The translations under genes were made by a program, and so were the position numbers. 64,000 nucleotides of DNA from Eledone cirrhosa (taxonomy: Eukaryota): contig OZ024753.1 of NCBI GenBank assembly GCA_964016885.1, forward strand, positions 15,190,001 through 15,254,000, given 5' to 3'. Of this stretch, positions 56,691-64,000 are shown one piece after another. Position 1 is the stretch's first letter. Every line of letters begins with the position of its first letter. Under the pieces are notes generated by a model that ran no database searches, was not told the origin of the DNA, and worked only from the letters and a program-made list of their open reading frames with translations.

Positions 56691-57569
56691 GGAAACTGTT
56701 TGATAGCAGACCGCATTAATATTCCCTGTTTCTTGTTTAGGAAACTGTTTGATAGCAGACCGCATTAATCGTCCCTTGTTCTTGTTTAGGAAACTGTTTG
56801 ATAGCAGACCGCATTAATCATCCCTGTTTCTTGTTTAGGAAACTGTTTGATAGCAGACCGAATTAATCGTCCCTGTTTCTTGATTAGGAAAAAGTTTGAT
56901 AGCAGACTGCATTAAAAATCCCTGTTTCTTGTTTAGGAAACTGTTTGATAGCAGACCGCATTAATCGTCCCTGTTTCTTGTTTAGGAAACTGTTTGATAG
57001 CAGACCGAATTAATCGTCCCTGTTTCTTGATTAGGAAACTGTTTGATAGCAGACCGAATTAATCGTCCCTGTTTCTTGATTAGGAAACTGTTTGATAGCA
57101 GACCGCATTAATCGTCCCTGGTTCTTGTTTAGGAAACTGTTTGATAGCAGACCGAATTAATCGTCCCTGTTTCTTGATTAGGAAACTGTTTGATAGCAGA
57201 CCGCATTAATCGACCCTGTTTCTTGTTTAGGAAACTGTTTGATAGCAGACCGCATTAATCGACCCTGTTTCTTGTTTAGGAAACTGTTTCATAGCAGACC
57301 GCATTAATCGTCCCTGTTTCTTGTTTAGGAAACTGTTTCAGAGCAGACCGCATTAATAATCCCTGTTTCTGGTTTAGGAAACTGTTTGATCGCAGACCGC
57401 ATTAATAATCCCTGTTTCTGGTTTAGGAAACTGTTTGATAGCAGACCGCATTAATCGTCCCTGGTTCTTGTTTAGGAAACTGTTTCATAGCAGACAGCAT
57501 TAATCGTCCCTGGTTCTTGTTTAGGAAACTGTTTGATAGCAGACTGCATTAATAATCCCTGTTTCTTGT

Positions 57570-59290
57570 TTAGCAAACTGTTTCATAGCACACTGCATTA
57601 ATCGTCCCTGTTTCTTGTTTAGGAAACTGTTTGATAGCAGACTGCATTAATAATCCCTGTTTCTTGTTTAGCAAACTGTTTGATAGCAGACTGCATTAAT
57701 CGTCCTTGTTTCCTGATAAGAAACTGTTTGATAGCAGACTGCATTAATAATCCCTGTTTCTTGTTTAGCAAACTGTTTGATAGCAGACCGCATTAATCGT
57801 CCCTTTTAGGAAACTGTTTGATAGCAGACTGCATTAATAATCCCTGTTTCTTGTTTAGCAAACTGTTTGATAGCAGACTGCATTAATCGTCCCTGTTTCC
57901 TGATAAACTGTTTGATAGCAGACTGCATTAATAATCCCTGTTTCTTGTTTAGCAAACTGTTTGATAGCAGACCGCATTAATCGTCCCTTTTAGGAAACTG
58001 TTTGATAGCAGACTGCATTAATAATCCCTGTTTCTTGTTTAGCAAACTGTTTGATAGCAGACCGCATTAATCGTCCCTTTTAGGAAACTGTTTGATAACA
58101 GACTGCATTAATAATCCCTGTTTCTTGTTTAGCAAACTGTTTGATAGCAGACTGCATTAATCGTCCCTGTTTCCTGATAAGAAACTGTTTGATAGCAGAC
58201 TGCATTAATAATCCCTGTTTCTTGTTTAGCAAACTGTTTGATAGCAGACCGCATTAATCGTCCCTTTTAGGAAACTGTTTGATAGCAGACTGCATTAATA
58301 ATCCCTGTTTCTTGTTTAGCAAACTGTTTGATAGCAGACCGCATTAATCGTCCCTTTTAGGAAACTGTTTGATAGCAGACTGCATTAATAATCCCTGTTT
58401 CTTGTTTAGCAAACTGTTTGATAGCAGACTGCATTAATCGTCCCTGTTTCCTGATAAGAAACTGTTTGATAGCAGACTGCATTAATAATCCCTGTTTCTT
58501 GTTTAGCAAACTGTTTGATAGCAGACCGCATTAATCGTCCCTTTTAGGAAACTGTTTGATAGCAGACTGCATTAATAATCCCTGTTTCTTGTTTAGCAAA
58601 CTGTTTGATAGCAGACCGCATTAATCGTCCCTTTTAGGAAACTGTTTGATAGCAGACTGCATTAATAATCCCTGTTTCTTGTTTAGCAAACTGTTTGATA
58701 GCAGACCGCATTAATCGTCCCTTTTAGGAAACTGTTTGATAGCAGACTGCATTAATAATCCCTGTTTCTTGTTTAGCAAACTGTTTGATAGCAGACCGCA
58801 TTAATCGTCCCTTTTAGGAAACTGTTTGATAGCAGACTGCATTAATAATCCCTGTTTCTTGTTTAGCAAACTGTTTGATAGCAGACCGCATTAATCGTCC
58901 CTTTTAGGAAACTGTTTGATAGCAGATGCATTAATAATCCCTGTTTCTTGTTTAGGAAACTGTTTGGTAGCAGACCGCATTAATCGTCCCTGTTTCTTGT
59001 TTAGGAAACTGTTTGATAGCAGACCGCATTAATATTCCCTGTTTCTTGTTTAGGAAACTGTTTGGTAGCAGACCGCATTAATCGTCCCTGTTTCTTGTTT
59101 AGGAAACTGTTTGATAGCAGACCGCATTAATATTCCCTGTTTCTTGTTTAGGAAACTGTTTGGTAGCAGACCGCATTAATCGTCCCTGTTTCTTGTTTAG
59201 GAAACTGTTTGATAGCAGACCGCATTAATATTCCCTGTTTCTTGTTTAGCAAACTGTTTGATAGCAGACCGCATTAATCGTCCCTTTTAG
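57570..59290. repeat. Derived 90-bp dimeric repeat (49-bp TTTAGCAAA unit + 41-bp unit with an 8-bp deletion, CCCTTTTAGG)
   Basis: The deletion allele first appears at 57801 and last at ~59282. Lines 58501, 58681 and 58861 are identical (180 = 2 x 90). Interspersed TTTCCTGATAAGAAAC units occur at ~57709, 58170 and 58447. Confidence 0.93.
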
Positions 59291-62200
59291 GAAACTGTTT
59301 GATAGCAGATGCATTAATAATCCCTGTTTCTTGTTTAGGAAACTGTTTGATAGCAGACCGAATTAATCGTCCCTGTTTCTTGTTTAGGAAACTGTTTGAT
59401 AGCAGACCGCATTAATCGTCCCTGTTTCTTGTTTACGAAACTGTTTGATAGCAGCCCGCATTAATCGTCCCCGTTTCTTGTTTAGGAAACTGTTTGATAG
59501 CAGACCGCATCAATATTCCCCGTTTCTTGTTTAGGAAACTGTTTGATAGCAGACCGCATTAATCGTCCCCGTTTCTTGTTTAGGAAACTGTTTGATAGCA
59601 GACCGAATTAATCGTCCCTGTTTCTTGATTAGGAAACTGTTTGATAGCAGACCGCATTAATAATCCCTGTTTCTTGTTTAGGAAACTGTTTGATAGCAGA
59701 CCGCATTAATATTCCCTGTTTCTTGTTTAGGAAACTGTTTGGTAGCAGACCGCATTAATCGTCCCTGTTTCTTGTTTAGGAAACTGTTTGATAGCAGACC
59801 GCATTAATCGTCCCCGTTTCTTGTTTAGGAAACTGTTTGATAGCAGACCGCATTAATATTCCCTGTTTCTTGTTTAGGAAACTGTTTGATAGCAGACCGC
59901 ATTAATCGTCCCCGTTTCTTGTTTTGGAAACTGTTTGATAGCAGACCGAATTAATCGTCCCTGTTTCTTGATTAGGAAACTGTTTGATAGCAGACCGCAT
60001 TAATAATCCCTGTTTCTTGTTTAGGAAACTGTTTGATAGCAGACCACATTAATATTCCCTGTTTCTTGTTTAGGAAACTGTTTGGTAGCAGACCGCATTA
60101 ATCGTCCCTGTTTCTTGTTTAGGAAACTGTTTGATAGCAGACCGCATTAATCGTCCCCGTTTCTTGTTTAGGAAACTGTTTGATAGCAGACCGCATTAAT
60201 ATTCCCTGTTTCTTGTTTAGGAAACTGTTTGGTAGCAGACCGCATTAATCGTCCCTGTTTCTTGTTTAGGAAACTGTTTGATAGCAGACCGCATTAATCG
60301 TCCCTGGTTCTTGTTTAGGAAACTGTTTGATAGCAGACCGCATTAATCGTCCCCGTTTCTTGATTAGGAAACTGTTTGATAGCAGACCGTATTAATAATC
60401 CCTGTTTCTTGTTTAGGAAACTGTTTGATAGCAGACCGCATTAATCGTCCCTGGTTCTTGTTTAGGAAACTGTTTGATAGCAGACCGCATTAATCGTCCC
60501 TGGTTCTTGTTTAGGAAACTGTTTGATAGAAGACAGCATTAATCGTCCTTGTTTCTTGTCTAGGAAACTGTTTGAAAGCTACAGCATTAATCATCCCTGT
60601 TTCTTGTTTAGGAAACTGTTTGATAGAAGACAGCATTAATCGTCCCTGTTTCTTGTTTAGGAAACTGTTTGATAGCAGACAGCATTAATCGTCCCTGTTT
60701 CTTGTTTAGGAAACTGTTTGATAGCAGACAGCATTAATCGTCCCCGTTTCTTGTTTAGGAAACTGTTTGATAGAAGAGAGCATTAATTATCCCTGTTTCT
60801 TGTTCAGGAAACTGTTTGATAGTACACAGCATTAATCGTCCCTGTTTCTTGTTTAGGAAATTGTTTGATAGCAGACCGCATTAATCGACCCTGTTTCTTG
60901 TTTAGGAAACTGTTTGATAGCAGACTGCATTAATAATCCTTGTTTCTTGTTTAGGAAACTGTTTGATAGCAGATTGCATTAATATTCCCCGTTTCTTGTT
61001 TAGGAAACTGTTTGATAGCAGATTGCATTAATATTCCCTGTTTCTTGTTTAGGAAACTGTTTGATAGCAGACCGCATTAATCGTCCCTGGTTCTTGTTTA
61101 CGAAACTGTTTGATAGCCGACTGCATTAATAATCCCTGTTTCTTGTTTAGGAAACTGTTTGATAGCAGACTGCATTAATAATCCCCGTTTCTTGTTTAGG
61201 AAACTGTTTGATAGCAGACCGCATTAATCGTCCCTGTTTCTTGTTTAGGAAATTGCTTGATAACAGACTGCATTAATCATCCCTGTTTCTTGTTTAGGAT
61301 ACTGTTTGATAGCAGACCGCGTTAATCGTCCCTGGTTCTTGTTTAGGAAACTGTTTGATAGCACCCGCAATAATCGTTCGTTTCTTGTTTAGGAAACTGT
61401 TTGATAGCAGACTGCATTAATAATCCTTGTTTCTTGTTTAGGAAACTGTTTGATAGCAGATTGCATTAATATTCCCTGTTTCTTGTTTAGGAAACTGTTT
61501 GATAGCAGACCGCATTAATCACCCCTGTTTCTTGTTTAGGAAACTGTTTGATAGAAGACAGCATTAATCGTCCCTGTTTCTTGTTTAGGAAACTGTTTGA
61601 TTGCAGACAGCATTAATCGTCCCTGTTTCTTGTTTAGGAAACTGTTTGATAGCAGACTGCATTAATAATCCCTGTTTCTTGTTTAGGAAACTGTTTGATA
61701 GCAGATTGCATTAATATTCCCTGTTTCTTGTTTAGGAAACTGTTTGATAGCAGACCGCATTAATAATCCCTGTTTCTTGTTTAGGAAACTGTTTGATAGA
61801 AGACAGCATTAATCGTCCCTGTTTCTTGTTTAGGAAACAGTTTGATTGCAGACAGCATTAATCGTCCCTGTTTCTTGTTTAGGAAACTGTTTGATAGCAG
61901 ACTGCATTAATAATCCCTGTTTCTTGTTTAGGAAACTGTTTGATCGCAGACCGCATTAATCGTGCCTGTTTCTTGTTTAGGAAACTGTTTGATAGCAGAC
62001 CGCATTAATAATCCCTGTTTCTTGTTTAGGAAACTGTTTGATAGCAGACCGCATTAATCGTCCCTGTTTCTTGTTTAGGAAACTGTTTCATAGCAGACTG
62101 CATTAATCATCCCTGTTTCTTGTTTAGGAAACTGTTTGATAGCAGACCGCATTAATCGTCCCTGTTTCTTGTTTAGGAAACTGTTTGATCGCAGACCGCA

Positions 62201-63719
62201 TTAATCGTCCCTGTTTCTTGTTTAGGAAACTGTTTGATAGCAGACTGTATTAATCATCCCTGTTTCTTGTTTAGGAAACTGTTTGATAGCAGACCGCATT
62301 AATCGTCCCTGTTTCTTGTTTAGGAAACTGTTTGATAGCAGACCGCATTAATCGTCCCTGTTTCTTGTTTAGGAAACTGTTTCATAGCAGACTGCATTAA
62401 TCATCCCTGTTTCTTGTTTAGGAAACTGTTTGATAGCAGACCGCATTAATCGTCCCTGTTTCTTGTTTAGGAAACTGTTTCATAGCAGACTGCATTAATC
62501 ATCCCTGTTTCTTGTTTAGGAAACTGTTTGATAGCAGACCGCATTAATCGTCCCTGTTTCTTGTTTAGGAAACTGTTTGATAGCAGACCGCATTAATCGT
62601 CCCTGTTTCTTGTTTAGGAAACTGTTTCATAGCAGACTGCATTAATCATCCCTGTTTCTTGTTTAGGAAACTGTTTGATAGCAGACCGCATTAATCGTCC
62701 CTGTTTCTTGTTTAGGAAACTGTTTGATAGCAGACCGCATTAATCGTCCCTGTTTCTTGTTTAGGAAACTGTTTGATAGCAGACCGCATTAATCGTCCCT
62801 GTTTCTTGTTTAGGAAACTGTTTGATAGCAGACCGCATTAATCGTCCCTGTTTCTTGTTTAGGAAACTGTTTGATAGCAGACCGCATTAATCGTCCCTGT
62901 TTCTTGTTTAGGAAACTGTTTGATAGCAGACCGCATTAATCGTCCCTGTTTCTTGTTTAGGAAACTGTTTCATAGCAGACTGCATTAATCATCCCTGTTT
63001 CTTGTTTAGGAAACTGTTTGATAGCAGACCGCATTAATCGTCCCTGTTTCTTGTTTAGGAAACTGTTTGATAGCAGACCGCATTAATCGTCCCTGTTTCT
63101 TGTTTAGGAAACTGTTTGATAGCAGACCGCATTAATCGTCCCTGTTTCTTGTTTAGGAAACTGTTTGATAGCAGACCGCATTAATCGTCCCTGTTTCTTG
63201 TTTAGGAAACTGTTTGATAGCAGACCGCATTAATCGTCCCTGTTTCTTGTTTAGGAAACTGTTTGATAGCAGACCGCATTAATAATCCCTGTTTCTTGTT
63301 TAGGAAACTGTTTGATAGCAGACCGCATTAATCGTCCCTGTTTCTTGTTTAGGAAACTGTTTCATAGCAGACTGCATTAATCATCCCTGTTTCTTGTTTA
63401 GGAAACTGTTTGATAGCAGACCGCATTAATCGTCCCTGTTTCTTGTTTAGGAAACTGTTTGATAGCAGACCGCATTAATCGTCCCTGTTTCTTGTTTAGG
63501 AAACTGTTTGATAGCAGACCGCATTAATCGTCCCTGTTTCTTGTTTAGGAAACTGTTTGATAGTATACAGCATTAATCATCCCTGTTTCTTGTTTAGGAA
63601 ACTGTTTCATAGCAGACCGCATTAATCGTCCCTGTTTCTTGTTTAGGAAACTGTTTGATAGTATACAGCATTAATCATCCCTGTTTCTTGTTTAGGAAAC
63701 TGTTTGATAGTAGACATCA

Positions 63720-63744
63720 TTAATCATCCCTGTTTCTTGTTTAG
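63720..63744 (+). other. Putative 3' splice acceptor in the last monomer (branch-like TTAAT, pyrimidine tract, TAG)
   Basis: TTAAT at 63720-63724 fits yUnAy with A at 63723. It is followed by TCATCCCTGTTTCTTGTTT and AG at 63743-63744, then G. This is a motif match only, with no transcript evidence. Confidence 0.35.
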
Positions 63745-63775
63745 GAAACTGTTTGATTTAAGATGTTTATATTAA
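63745..63775 (+). CDS. Putative coding part of a terminal exon (phase 2), ...KLFDLRCLY*; protein unidentified
   Basis: After the AG the sequence reads G AAA CTG TTT GAT TTA AGA TGT TTA TAT TAA. The other two frames stop earlier. AT-rich UTR-like sequence follows. Nine codons is too short to exclude chance. Confidence 0.2.
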
Positions 63776-64000
63776 TCCCAAAACCTTTCATCATAATTTC
63801 ATTTATTGAATATTTGTTGAGTTATGCTCAAGCTCCAGCTCAATAATGAGTTATATTATGAAATGTCTTTTAAACTCTTGATCATTTATTAGATTATTTG
63901 AAAATAGGAGGCAGTTTTCATATATTTTTTCAGCAAGATTCTTGATGTGAAATTAAAAAGGTCATAGAATGTGTCACGAAAGAACTTTGACAAACCAATG
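63758..64000. other. Unique AT-rich flank (3' UTR-, intron- or intergenic-like)
   Basis: There is no 49-bp periodicity beyond ~63779. It contains ATTTA at 63801 and 63884, ATTAAA at 63952-63957 and TTTTTTCAG at 63925-63933. Confidence 0.9.

Larger units (their letters stand above)
1..63757. repeat. 49-bp tandem satellite/minisatellite array, ~1,300 head-to-tail copies, truncated by the left window edge
   Basis: The unit TTTCTTGTTTAGGAAACTGTTTGATAGCAGACCGCATTAATCGTCCCTG starts at 1 and recurs at 50, and so on. Most copies differ from consensus at only a few positions. The last clear match ends at ...GGAAACTGTTTGAT (63757). All copies are in the same orientation. Confidence 0.99.

Noticed and set aside
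1-63757. CRISPR array (GTTTC...GAAAC ends and a hairpin resemble CRISPR repeats)
   Set aside because: The intervening ~31 bp are near-identical between units rather than unique spacers, and no cas genes or leader are visible.
1-63757. Long repetitive protein-coding ORF on either strand
   Set aside because: 49 is not a multiple of 3, so frames rotate. Each unit has TAG, TGA, TAG and TAA on + and two TAA on -, so every frame closes within three units.
1-63757. Tandem tRNA, 5S, snRNA or spliced-leader gene array, or telomeric repeat
   Set aside because: The unit is too short and shows no cloverleaf, A/B boxes or recognisable RNA gene sequence. There is no short G-rich telomere motif.
1-63757. 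Assignment to a named or centromeric satellite family
   Set aside because: I do not recognise the monomer, I see no CENP-B box, and centromeric function cannot be read from sequence alone.
1-63757. Embedded transposon, inversion or unique island
   Set aside because: None was seen on reading through. All deviations are substitutions or indels of 8 bp or less.
63746-63763. WD40-like 'KLFDLR' motif as gene identification
   Set aside because: Six residues are insufficient to assign a family or gene symbol.
63817-63854. Small hairpin TTGAG-TTATG-CTCAA and short repeats GAGTTAT / GCTCAA in the flank
   Set aside because: Matches of 5-7 bp in AT-rich DNA are expected by chance, and there is no terminator-like U tract.

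Overview
About 99.6% of the window (1 to ~63757) is one uninterrupted head-to-tail tandem array of a 49-bp monomer, consensus TTTCTTGTTTAGGAAACTGTTTGATAGCAGACCGCATTAATCGTCCCTG (20/49 G+C, ~1,300 copies). It runs off the left edge and ends abruptly into ~240 bp of AT-rich unique sequence. It looks like eukaryotic satellite/minisatellite DNA. I cannot name the family or organism. I saw no long ORF, RNA gene, transposon insertion, inversion or CRISPR array. Rare variants reveal nested structure: dimers, trimers and 0.4-5.8 kb block duplications, plus widely dispersed landmark units. The most interesting, still speculative, observation is that each monomer on the + strand reads as a spliceosomal 3' splice site (TTAAT branch-like motif, pyrimidine tract, TAG|G) followed by a short frame and stop (KLFDSRPH*). 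The last copy continues into unique sequence as KLFDLRCLY* plus UTR-like DNA, so the satellite may be an amplified intron/last-exon junction inside a giant intron. All coordinates and offsets were counted by eye, and block boundaries are approximate to about one monomer.
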